Positions 27,861-36,385 of a stretch of 64,000 nt of DNA are shown here, piece by piece. Below the pieces are notes generated by a model. The model worked only from the letters and a program-made list of their open reading frames with translations. It was not told the origin of the DNA and did no database searches. Numbering within the stretch: the first letter of the stretch is position 1; each line of letters starts with the position of its first letter. Position numbers and translations under genes: made by a program. Source of the stretch: an uncultured virus (IMG/VR IMGVR_UViG_3300006141_000006) (lineage: Duplodnaviria > Heunggongvirae > Uroviricota > Caudoviricetes); IMG/VR virus record IMGVR_UViG_3300006141_000006; one strand, given 5' to 3'.

Positions 27861-28040
27861 AAAACTAATGAAACTAATATTTTTGGCGTTGACTTTCTAA
27901 TAAAACTAATATATACTTTGCCATGTTGATACAGACAACACAAAACCAGGCCCCCCAAAATGCGGGCGTTTCTTATGTTTGTTGGCTCTTACATGATAAA
28001 CGGTTTTTTGCTCTGTGTCAATAGAAATATTAGTTTTCTT
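27861..28040. promoter_or_regulatory. Genetic switch: face-to-face promoters with AAACTAAT operator-like repeats
   Basis: Rightward TTGACT(27889)-17-TATACT(27912); leftward TTGACA(28021-28016)-17-TATCAT(27998-27993); AAACTAAT x3 plus inverted ATTAGTTT. Confidence 0.75.
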
Positions 28041-28068
28041 AGAAAATGGCATTAGAAAGGAGGACATC

Positions 28069-28293
28069 ATGCCTATCTTCGAAATCAACAGATTTCGCAA
28101 GGCCCGGCTCTCTGCAAAAATGACCCAGGCCCAAGCAGCGGAGAAGATCGGGGTTGACCCCATCACCATTATTCAGTGGGAAAAGGGTTCCAACACGCCG
28201 ACAAAGCGGAATCTGGAGAAAGCGGCAACGGTGTATGGTTGCAGCACAAGCGACCTGCTGGAGCCTGATGCCGTTTCCGTTGGTTCGGGCTGA
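28069..28293 (+). CDS. Cro-like XRE HTH regulator
   Basis: MTQAQAAEKIGV..ITIIQWEKG; divergent from repressor; AAGGAGG RBS. Confidence 0.87.
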   Translation: MPIFEINRFRKARLSAKMTQAQAAEKIGVDPITIIQWEKGSNTPTKRNLEKAATVYGCSTSDLLEPDAVSVGSG

Positions 28294-28311
28294 CCCTTAC
28301 CACCGCCCTTA

Positions 28312-28360
28312 TGCACCTTGAAAATTGAATCTCAAAAAATACGGTATTGCCGCCAATACC
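28312..28360 (+). promoter_or_regulatory. boxA-like motif plus small hairpin (nut-like site) after cro
   Basis: TGCACCTTGAAAATTGAAT, then GGTATTG-CCGC-CAATACC; same core as 57881. Confidence 0.5.
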
Positions 28361-28374
28361 AAGGAGGTGAAAGG

Positions 28375-28641
28375 ATGGACGGCACCAAGAGCATCCCGCG
28401 GATGCGGACGGCGGCAAAGATTGTCGCGGAGATCAAGGCGCTTGACCCCGATACGGAAATGACGGAGTTCCATATCCGCCAGATGGCGAAGGATGGCACC
28501 GTCCCCGTGGTGTGGGCCGGGCGCAAGGCACTTATCAACCTGGACGATGTTTTAGATCTCATGCGGCTGGGGACGGCCCGGCCCACCGAGGAGGCAGCCC
28601 CCGCCGTTGGAGGTATCCGGCGCATTGATCCAAAACGTTAA
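28375..28641 (+). CDS. Excisionase-like DNA-binding protein
   Basis: RMRT...IRQMAKDG.VPVVWAGRKALIN winged-HTH pattern. Confidence 0.7.
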   Translation: MDGTKSIPRMRTAAKIVAEIKALDPDTEMTEFHIRQMAKDGTVPVVWAGRKALINLDDVLDLMRLGTARPTEEAAPAVGGIRRIDPKR

Positions 28642-28651
28642 GGAGGTACCC

Positions 28652-28804
28652 ATGAAGAAGAAATTTACCTTTGAGGACTATCGGAGGGCTCTGATCGGTG
28701 TGGGTGACGCCACCAAGGAGCGCATTCTGGCCGAGGCTGGCAAGCACCTGGACGCCTGGCAACTGGAGCGCCTGGTGCGTATCGCCTACCCGGAGCCGGC
28801 GTGA
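28652..28804 (+). CDS. Small hypothetical protein
   Basis: AAGGAGG RBS, 50 aa. Confidence 0.65.
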   Translation: MKKKFTFEDYRRALIGVGDATKERILAEAGKHLDAWQLERLVRIAYPEPA

Positions 28805-28816
28805 GAGGAGGAAACC

Positions 28817-29737
28817 ATGCCTACCTATTACACCATCAACGAGGCCACTGCAAGGACGGCCAAGCACATGATGAGCTATGACGACTATAAAGAGGGCAGC
28901 GCCACCGCTGAATACCGGCGTATGGTAGATAGAGCCGCCGAGATTGCGGAACGGCAAAAGCGCCGGGTGGATCCTATGTACCATGAGAAGATTGACCATC
29001 TGCTTGACCTCTACGCCCGGAAATTGGCCGAGAACATGAACCAGCATTACAGCATTATGACCCGTTGCCCCTCCATTATGGTTGCTGGTGGTAGCAATTT
29101 CACTGTTCAGAAGAAACATAAGCAAAATGCCGCTGAGGACAAGAACAATGAGGAGTGGCGGCACATCCAAGGCTTGCTTGACAAAATTCGCGGTACCGGC
29201 ATGGGCGGGATCAGCAGTGATGACCAGCAGGCCGTTGAAAAGCTGAGGGCAAAGCTGGAGGGACTGGAAAAGCACCAGGCGCTGATGAAAGCGGCCAATG
29301 CGGCCATCCGTATGAAGGATACCGTAAAGGGTGATGCCAAGCTGGCAGAACTGGGCTACACCATGGAGGAGATTAAGCAGCTCCGGGAACCGGATTGGTG
29401 TGGGCGTGTTGGCTATCCCGCTTTTGAGCTGACCAACAACAATGCCAATATCCGCCGCATTAAGGAGCGCATTGCGGAGCTGGAAAAGCGCCGCAGCTCC
29501 CCCGCCCCCGAGGGTTGGACTTTTGACGGCGGCGAGGTAGTGATGAACACCGAGGAGAACCGGGTACAGATCGTCTTTGAAGGAAAACCGGACGCTGACC
29601 TCCGGGCAGAGCTGAAAAGTGAGGGCTTTCGCTGGGCACCGTCACAGGGAGCGTGGCAGAGGCAGCTCAACGAGAACGGTATCCGGGCAGCCAAGCGGAT
29701 CAAAGCTATTTCTCCCGGGGATGGAGGCACAGAATGA
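28817..29737 (+). CDS. DUF3560-like protein
   Basis: ISSDD..AVEKL..KL, LTNNNANIRRIK.RI, GFRWAPSQGAWQRQL motifs. Confidence 0.65.
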   Translation: MPTYYTINEATARTAKHMMSYDDYKEGSATAEYRRMVDRAAEIAERQKRRVDPMYHEKIDHLLDLYARKLAENMNQHYSIMTRCPSIMVAGGSNFTVQKKHKQNAAEDKNNEEWRHIQGLLDKIRGTGMGGISSDDQQAVEKLRAKLEGLEKHQALMKAANAAIRMKDTVKGDAKLAELGYTMEEIKQLREPDWCGRVGYPAFELTNNNANIRRIKERIAELEKRRSSPAPEGWTFDGGEVVMNTEENRVQIVFEGKPDADLRAELKSEGFRWAPSQGAWQRQLNENGIRAAKRIKAISPGDGGTE

Positions 29738-30435
29738 CAATCAAAGAGGCCCTTGAAAATCGTCGTCGGTGTCTGGCTTATCTGGAGGGCTGTGGGCCAA
29801 GGGCCACCCCCGAGAATGTGGAAGCTGCGAGGCTGTCAAATGAGGAACGGAGGGGCACGGCCCCCCGTGTCCTCCCCGGCAGGCGGACGTTGCGGCGTTC
29901 GCTGGAGGCATGGAAACGGGCGGCCATAGGGCTTTTTGTGCTGGCCGTCCTGTGCAACGTGGCCCAGGCCCTTGTTTATGGCTACCTGCGGGGCCAGCTG
30001 GAGCAGGAGCTTCAGCTGGCGGAGGAAAGCCGGGACAGCGCCATCCAGGAGTTTGCGGCGGCGTCTCTGGCGAGTGCCCAGGAGAAACAGGCCAGGTCCG
30101 CCCAGGCGGCAGAGTATGAGGCCGTGGGAGCCTGGGAGTACATCGGCGAGTGTCGGCTTACCGCTTACTGCTGTGAACCATACGCCCACGTCTGCGGCAC
30201 CGGGGACGGTCTGACGGCCACGGGGATCCCCGTCACCCCCGGCATAGCCGCCGTTGACCCCGCTGTGATTCCCCTGGGCAGCACATTGATAATTGACGGA
30301 CAGCGATACCTCGCCGCTGATGTTGGAGGGGCCGTAGTCGGGCAGACGGTAGATATTGCCGTTGCTACCCACCAGGAGGCCGTCGAGTTTGGCGTCCAGC
30401 GTGCCCCCGTATGGATTGCAAAGGAGGCACAGTAA
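29734..30435 (+). CDS. Membrane-anchored 3D-domain protein
   Basis: TM helix, coiled coil, TAYC...TATG...AVDP.VIPLGS...A.D.GG...DI. Confidence 0.8.
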   Translation: MTIKEALENRRRCLAYLEGCGPRATPENVEAARLSNEERRGTAPRVLPGRRTLRRSLEAWKRAAIGLFVLAVLCNVAQALVYGYLRGQLEQELQLAEESRDSAIQEFAAASLASAQEKQARSAQAAEYEAVGAWEYIGECRLTAYCCEPYAHVCGTGDGLTATGIPVTPGIAAVDPAVIPLGSTLIIDGQRYLAADVGGAVVGQTVDIAVATHQEAVEFGVQRAPVWIAKEAQ

Positions 30436-30791
30436 TGAGCATTCAAGAACAGGCTATTGCTCTGCTGGAGGCCCAGCAGGCCAAGGTCAAGCCCCGTTCT
30501 CCCCAGTGGATGGTGGGGGAGCAGCTGAAGGACATTTGCCGCATGGAGCCCAAGAGCGCGGAGCTCATTGCCCAGGATTTGGAGAACGAGGCCATGAGCA
30601 TCACCGCCGCCGAGAAGAAGATCAAGGCCTATGCCGACGGCCACAAGACCGGCAACTTTTCCTGCGTCACCCCGGCGGAGGCTGAGAATATCCTGCGAGA
30701 GTTCTACGGCCTCCCCCGTCCTGATGAAGTCAAACCTGCCGCTCCCCCCGCTCCGGCTAAAAAGCTAGTTGACCCATTTGACTTCCTGTAA
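30435..30791 (+). CDS. PcfK-like protein (family related to AcrIIA9)
   Basis: Directly upstream of PcfJ; helical with C-terminal DPFDFL. Confidence 0.5.
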   Translation: MSIQEQAIALLEAQQAKVKPRSPQWMVGEQLKDICRMEPKSAELIAQDLENEAMSITAAEKKIKAYADGHKTGNFSCVTPAEAENILREFYGLPRPDEVKPAAPPAPAKKLVDPFDFL

Positions 30792-30805
30792 GGGGGCGGG
30801 AGAGC

Positions 30806-32434
30806 GTGGAGCAGATTGATTATGAGCCGCTGCTACCCAAAACGCCACCCGTTGACCTGGTTCAATGGGCTTTAGAGCAGGAGGCCTTTCAACAGGAGTA
30901 TTTGATCTATAAGGCGGGGCGGATCTATGAGCCGCTGGAAGATCGGACGCGCCCCGCCGTTGAGGTGGTATGTACCCACTGCGGCAAAACCTTTTACGCT
31001 GAAAAGGTTGACGCAGGAGGATGTAGCGCCTGCTATGCCCCGGCCCCGTTCGGGTGGTATCACCAGGAAATGTCGGAAAGCGTTATCAGCGGCAGCCTGA
31101 CCATGTGCCCCGTATGCGGGTGTGAGGTGAAGGTCGTTCATGTCGGGAGTATCCCGAGGGGGATCGAAGACGGGGCCTGGATAACCACCATGTCCCGCCT
31201 CCCTGTGGAGGGCCGCAAAGACCGCTTTGTGCTGACCGAATGGCTGGTAAAACGCTGGATTGAAAAATCAGGGGAAAGCCGGTACACCACTGACCCGTAC
31301 AGCGCCTGGGTGGTAGAGGAAAAGAAGGTTGTCCGCCTAATGGGCTATCTAAGGACTATGGGAGGCTCCATCTCCGTTTTCCACAAATGGGCACAACGGA
31401 AGACATTCAATGATGTGTACGGTACCGTGTCCATTTGCTATCCCTGGGATAAGTCCATTCTGGAGGGCACCACAGCCGAAAACTGCAAGCTGGACTTGTA
31501 CCAGGAGGCAGGAGGCAAACGGCTGGTAAGTTACCTGGCCCTATGGCGCAAGCGTCCCACCGTTGAAAATCTGCTGGTACAAGGGTGCGGTCGTTTCCTG
31601 GCGGAATTGATTGACCATGAAAAGAGCAGCGGAACGGATCACGGCGGTATCCCGAAATTGTCTGACGTCAACTGGAAGGAAAAGCGCCCCGCGCAGATGC
31701 TGGGCCTCAACAAAGAGGAATTTCGGTATATGCGGCAAATGCGCTGGAACGTGGAGGATTTGGAGCGGTATCGGCTGGTAAAAAAGTCCGGCCTGCCCGT
31801 GAGGTTGCCGGAAGACATGGAACTGCTGAGAGGTAAGCCAGCCTATGAGGTCAACCGGATTTTAGAGGAGGGACCCCCGCAAGATTTCTGGCGCATTCTC
31901 CGCTATCTCAAAAAGCAGAAAATGACCTGGGGAATTTTACAGGACTATTGGCACATGGCTCATAAGCTCCACCGGGATCTGAATGACAGCCTTGTGCGCT
32001 GGCCTCGCAATTTGCACGCCGCACATGACCAAGTAATGGAGGAGCAGCAGGCCAGAGTGAATGCGGAGCTTAATGCGATGTTTCTGGAGCGGGCCGCTGA
32101 ATTGGAACCCTTGTCATTTGAACTGGACGGCCTGTTGATTCGGCCTTGCCAGACCGAGGCTGAATTGATCCAGGAGGGGAAGGACTTACATCATTGCGTG
32201 GCTACCTACGCAAAACGCCACGCAGAGGGCAAGACCGCAATCCTGTTTATCCGTCAGGTAACGGAGCCCGATAAACCGTTCTTTACCCTTGAATTTGACG
32301 AGAAGGCCAAGAAGGTCAGGCAGAACCGGGGCCTTCGTAACTGTGACCGTACCCCGGAAGTTAAGGCATTTGAAAAGGCGTGGCTGAGTTTCGTCCGCCG
32401 CGCTAAACCGAAAGAAAGGATAAGGATAGCATAA
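30806..32434 (+). CDS. PcfJ domain protein
   Basis: DY..MA, WP.NL.AAHD, EG..LHHCVATY, PFFTLE, Q.RG.RN. Confidence 0.85.
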   Translation: MEQIDYEPLLPKTPPVDLVQWALEQEAFQQEYLIYKAGRIYEPLEDRTRPAVEVVCTHCGKTFYAEKVDAGGCSACYAPAPFGWYHQEMSESVISGSLTMCPVCGCEVKVVHVGSIPRGIEDGAWITTMSRLPVEGRKDRFVLTEWLVKRWIEKSGESRYTTDPYSAWVVEEKKVVRLMGYLRTMGGSISVFHKWAQRKTFNDVYGTVSICYPWDKSILEGTTAENCKLDLYQEAGGKRLVSYLALWRKRPTVENLLVQGCGRFLAELIDHEKSSGTDHGGIPKLSDVNWKEKRPAQMLGLNKEEFRYMRQMRWNVEDLERYRLVKKSGLPVRLPEDMELLRGKPAYEVNRILEEGPPQDFWRILRYLKKQKMTWGILQDYWHMAHKLHRDLNDSLVRWPRNLHAAHDQVMEEQQARVNAELNAMFLERAAELEPLSFELDGLLIRPCQTEAELIQEGKDLHHCVATYAKRHAEGKTAILFIRQVTEPDKPFFTLEFDEKAKKVRQNRGLRNCDRTPEVKAFEKAWLSFVRRAKPKERIRIA

Positions 32435-32439
32435 GCAAA

Positions 32440-33675
32440 ATGAGCGAAATGGATATGGAGCGGGAGGAAATGGAGGAGGGGCGTATCCTCAGCGCCGATT
32501 TTGGCCTGAGCGTCCCGCCAGCCCCCGCGGAGGTTGCCCCGGCCCCGCCCCGCACCGTGGAGACGGTGACGCTGGAGATCCGCACGTTGCAGAGGCAGGC
32601 CCAGCAGATCATGTTGGGCTACGCCGTCGAGATCGGCCGACGGCTGGAGGAGGTCAAGGCTATTCTCCCGCATGGGCAGTGGGGGGACTATCTGAAGAAC
32701 GAGGTCGATTACTCCCAGTCCACCGCAAACAATTTCATGCGCATTTACCGTGAGTACGGCGCCGCACAGCAGAGCCTTTTCGGCGGCGAGGCAAAATCCC
32801 AAGCGTTTGCGAATTTGACCTACACCAAGGCGCTGCGCCTGCTGGCAATCCCTGACGAGGAGGAGCGGGAGCAGTTTATGGCCGAGCATGATGTGGGGAG
32901 TATGAGCAACCGGGAACTGGACAAGGCCCTAAAGGAGCGGGAGGAGGCCTTGGAGGCGGCGGCCGCCGCCCAGGACGAGGCCCAGGGGGCGCGGCGGGAA
33001 GCTGACCGGCTCCGGGAGGAGTTGGCCGGTCAGGCCCAGGTCTACAAGGCCAAGCTGACCAGTGCAGAGGTTGAGGCCAAGCAGGCCAGAGACGCCCAGG
33101 AGAAAGCGACCGCCAAGGCCCAGCGCCTCCAGGACGCTTTGAGCAAGGCCAATACCTCCGCCCAGGCCGCCGAGGCTGAACATACCAAGATGCTCCAGGA
33201 GTTGGAGGAACTGCGCAAGCGCCCCGCCGAGGCGGATACAGAGGCCGTGGAGGCCGCCCGGAAAGCCGCCATTGAGGAGATGACGGGCAAGGTGGACAAG
33301 GCCAAGGAGGCCAAGAAAAAGGCTGACACGGCCCGGAAAGCCGCCGAGGAGGCCCTGGCCGCCGCACAAAAGGAACTGGCCGAGTTGAAAGCCAAGGAGC
33401 CACAGGTTCGGGAGCTTACCCCCGAGGAGATCCAGGCTATGACTGCCGGTGAGGTGGAAAAGGCCCAGGCGGCCACCACCGAGCGGATGCAGGCCCTTGA
33501 GAAGCTGCTGGCCCAGGCTGACCCCGATGCAACCACCTTCAAGGTGCTGTTCACCAGCTGGCAGGAAACCTATGGGAAGATGATGGAGGCCCTGGAGCGG
33601 ATCAGAGCCACGGACAGCGACAAGGCCGGCAAACTGCAAGGGGCTATCCGGGCAGTGGTGGAGGGGATGGCTTGA
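32440..33675 (+). CDS. DUF3102 domain coiled-coil protein
   Basis: IGRRL.E.K..LPHGQWG.YL...S.STANNFM. Confidence 0.82.
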   Translation: MSEMDMEREEMEEGRILSADFGLSVPPAPAEVAPAPPRTVETVTLEIRTLQRQAQQIMLGYAVEIGRRLEEVKAILPHGQWGDYLKNEVDYSQSTANNFMRIYREYGAAQQSLFGGEAKSQAFANLTYTKALRLLAIPDEEEREQFMAEHDVGSMSNRELDKALKEREEALEAAAAAQDEAQGARREADRLREELAGQAQVYKAKLTSAEVEAKQARDAQEKATAKAQRLQDALSKANTSAQAAEAEHTKMLQELEELRKRPAEADTEAVEAARKAAIEEMTGKVDKAKEAKKKADTARKAAEEALAAAQKELAELKAKEPQVRELTPEEIQAMTAGEVEKAQAATTERMQALEKLLAQADPDATTFKVLFTSWQETYGKMMEALERIRATDSDKAGKLQGAIRAVVEGMA

Positions 33676-33890
33676 CCGAAATTCAGAACGGCATTTATGC
33701 CACCCCTACCGATGAATTGACCGCCCTGGCCCTGGAGGCCCGGAAACGGAAAATCAGCTACGGCCAGTTGGTCAGCACCACCACCGGCTATGAGCAGCAG
33801 CAGATTATTCGTCAGTACTGCATCGAGCGGGGAAAGAAGGGTACCGCCCCGGAGAAGAAAGCCGCCAAAACGAAGAAGAAAAGGAGCTAA
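33672..33890 (+). CDS. Small hypothetical protein
   Basis: Coupled ORF; ISYGQ motif. Confidence 0.6.
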   Translation: MTEIQNGIYATPTDELTALALEARKRKISYGQLVSTTTGYEQQQIIRQYCIERGKKGTAPEKKAAKTKKKRS

Positions 33891-33892
33891 GT

Positions 33893-35158
33893 ATGTCAGT
33901 CAAAATTACGCAGTTTGAGGCTGAGAACGTCAAGCGCATTAAGGCGCTGACCCTCACCCCGGCCCCCACCGGCCTGACGGTGATCGGGGGCCGCAACAAC
34001 CAGGGCAAGACCTCGGGTCTGGATGCCATTGTGTGGGCACTGGGAGGGGACCGCTACCGGCCCTCCCAGGCCCAGCGGGAGGGCTCCGTCCTCCCGCCCC
34101 GGCTCCGCCTGGAGCTGTCCAATGGGATCATCGTGGAGCGGTCGGGCAAGAACAGCGATTTGAAGGTGACGGACGCCTCGGGCCGCAAGGCGGGCCAGCA
34201 GCTGCTCAATTCCTTTGTGGAGCAGTTGGCCCTTGATATGCCCCGGTTCATGCAGTCCACCAGCAAGGAAAAGGCTACCACCCTCCTGCGCATTATCGGC
34301 CTGGAGGAGCAGGTGGAAAAGCTGGAGCGGCAGGAGAAGGAGTTGTATAACCAGCGGCACGCTATCGGCCAGATTGCCGACCAAAAGGCGAAGTACGCCA
34401 AGGAGTTGCCCAGCTACCCCGAGGCCCCCGCCGAGCCGATTTCCGCTTATGACCTCATTCAGCGCCAGCAGGACATCCTTGCCCGGAATGGTGAGAACCA
34501 ACGCAAACGGGAACGGGCCGCCCAGCTGGAGCAGGAGAAGCAGAGCCTTTACCGCCAGTTGGAGGAGTTGAGCGCACGCTATACCACGGTATGCGCGGAC
34601 TGTGAAACGGCCCAAAAGTCGGCCCTGGATTTGGTGGACGAATCTACGGAGGAGTTGGAGGCCAGTATCCGGGATACGGAGGCCATCAATGCCAAGGTTC
34701 GCACCAACCAGGACAAGGCCCGGGCGGAGGCCGAGGCCAAGGAATGCAGCGACCAGTACACCGGCCTGACGGCCCAGCTGGAGGCGGTGCGCCAGCAGAA
34801 GACCGATCTCCTGCAAGGGGCGAAACTGCCCCTCCCCGGCCTCTCTGTTGAGGATGGGGAATTGACCTATCAGGGCAAGCCCTGGGATTGCATGAGCGGC
34901 TCAAATCAGTTAAAAGTTTCCACAGCTATTGTCAGAGCCCTCAAGCCCAGCTGTGGGTTCGTCTTGGTTGATGGCCTGGAGGCAATGGATATTGAGACTT
35001 TGCGGGAATTTGGCGAATGGGCCGAACAGGAGGGCCTACAGATTATTGCAACCAGGGTTTCCTCCGATGGAGAGGGTTGCAGCATTATCATTACAGACGG
35101 ATACTCCGAGGTCCCTCAGCCGAAAGCAACGACCACATGGGAAGCGGGGAAATTCTAA
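33893..35158 (+). CDS. SMC/SbcC-like AAA ATPase
   Basis: GGRNNQGKTS Walker A, coiled coil, MSG signature, LVDGLE Walker B. Confidence 0.87.
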   Translation: MSVKITQFEAENVKRIKALTLTPAPTGLTVIGGRNNQGKTSGLDAIVWALGGDRYRPSQAQREGSVLPPRLRLELSNGIIVERSGKNSDLKVTDASGRKAGQQLLNSFVEQLALDMPRFMQSTSKEKATTLLRIIGLEEQVEKLERQEKELYNQRHAIGQIADQKAKYAKELPSYPEAPAEPISAYDLIQRQQDILARNGENQRKRERAAQLEQEKQSLYRQLEELSARYTTVCADCETAQKSALDLVDESTEELEASIRDTEAINAKVRTNQDKARAEAEAKECSDQYTGLTAQLEAVRQQKTDLLQGAKLPLPGLSVEDGELTYQGKPWDCMSGSNQLKVSTAIVRALKPSCGFVLVDGLEAMDIETLREFGEWAEQEGLQIIATRVSSDGEGCSIIITDGYSEVPQPKATTTWEAGKF

Positions 35159-35170
35159 AAGGAGCGCATT

Positions 35171-35344
35171 ATGAAAAACGATTATGTGTCAACACAAGTT
35201 CGGCTCCCTGTCGGTATGCATGAGTACATCAAGCAAGAGGCAACGCGGATGGGGATTGCTCAGAACGCTTTCCTTGTTATCCTCTTAGAGCAAGGGAAAA
35301 AACTCTGGAACGCACAGGTCAATCTTCATCTGGAAGCACAATAG
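35171..35344 (+). CDS. Arc-like ribbon-helix-helix protein (57 aa, not in ORF track)
   Basis: AAGGAG RBS; MKNDYVSTQVRLPVGMHEYIKQEATRMGIAQNAFLVILL. Confidence 0.65.
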   Translation: MKNDYVSTQVRLPVGMHEYIKQEATRMGIAQNAFLVILLEQGKKLWNAQVNLHLEAQ

Positions 35345-35507
35345 GTCCATGTTCGGCTTCGTAAGCATCAATGCCTTTCTTCATAAAATATTCGACTTGA
35401 GCGTTTACGGTACGCATTTCACTTTCAGCAATAATTTTTGTTTTGGCATAAAGGACTTCATCATATCGCATTTGTGTAGCAATTTTTCCCGGTTTTGCCG
35501 CTGGCAT
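35319..35507 (-). CDS. Arc/Mnt-like ribbon-helix-helix regulator
   Basis: TQMRYDEVLYAKTKIIAESEMRTVNAQVEYF; AAGGGGG RBS. Confidence 0.75.
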   Translation of the reverse strand: MPAAKPGKIATQMRYDEVLYAKTKIIAESEMRTVNAQVEYFMKKGIDAYEAEHGPIVLPDED

Positions 35508-35530
35508 AATAAAACCCCCTTGTAATTTAG

Positions 35531-35612
35531 TAGCTATTTAATACTAAAACATATTGACATAGAGGTCAAGTAGTAGTATAGTATCGTAAAGCTATTAAAT
35601 AGCTATTAAAAA
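35531..35612. promoter_or_regulatory. Overlapping divergent promoters with AGCTATT operator repeats
   Basis: Rightward TTGACA(35554)-17-TATAGT(35577); leftward TTGACC(35569)-17-TAGTAT; palindrome AGCTATTAAATAGCT. Confidence 0.7.
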
Positions 35613-35625
35613 GGAGGGCCCTATT

Positions 35626-35850
35626 ATGAACGCCAAGATAATCAACTTCCCACGCCCGCACATGGGGATAGACCGTCCGGCACTCTGGATTATTAACGTG
35701 TTTAACGGAGCAAAGGACAAATGCACCTGTGAACTTATGGAAAATCATGCTGGCTGGTGTGTTCATATTTGCGCCAGTTCGTTCGAGCGTGCGGAGGAAT
35801 TGCGGCTTCAATGCGCACAAGACTTTGTATGGGAGGTAAAACATGGGTAA
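35626..35850 (+). CDS. Hypothetical protein
   Basis: AAGGAGG RBS downstream of promoter. Confidence 0.65.
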   Translation: MNAKIINFPRPHMGIDRPALWIINVFNGAKDKCTCELMENHAGWCVHICASSFERAEELRLQCAQDFVWEVKHG

Positions 35851-36385
35851 TCTGATTGATTTGACCGGGCAGAGATTCGGTAGGCTCGAAGTCATAGGTT
35901 TCGCTGGATATAAAAAACGGTCTGATGGTCATAACGCCAGCTATTGGCGGTGCGCATGTTCATGTGGGCAGGAAACATTGGTTTCAGCCAGAAACTTAAA
36001 CAGCGGGGCAGTGAAATCATGTGGGTGTTTAAGATTGGACAAATTTAAAGAATGTCGAACAGTTCACGGGGCCTCACCAAAATATGGGAAAAAGGACCGC
36101 TTGTACATAATTTGGACTGGCATGAAACAAAGATGTTACAACCGCAACCATAAAAATTACAGGGACTACGGTGGTCGCGGTATCACCGTCTGCGAAGGAT
36201 GGTTCCATGATTTCACTGCTTTCCATAATTGGGCGCTTGCTCATGGGTATGCTGATGATTTGACGATTGACCGTATCGACAATGACAAAGGTTATAGCCC
36301 GGATAATTGTCGCTGGGCTACCATGAAAGAGCAAAGGAAAAATCAGCGTCCCCGAGGCAGGAAAAAGAAAGGAGAAACTGAATGA
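35843..36385 (+). CDS. HNH homing-type endonuclease
   Basis: DLTGQRFGRL, W.C.C.CG, SCGC, YGGRGI.VC, TIDRIDN.KGY.P.NCRW. Confidence 0.87.
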   Translation: MGNLIDLTGQRFGRLEVIGFAGYKKRSDGHNASYWRCACSCGQETLVSARNLNSGAVKSCGCLRLDKFKECRTVHGASPKYGKKDRLYIIWTGMKQRCYNRNHKNYRDYGGRGITVCEGWFHDFTAFHNWALAHGYADDLTIDRIDNDKGYSPDNCRWATMKEQRKNQRPRGRKKKGETE

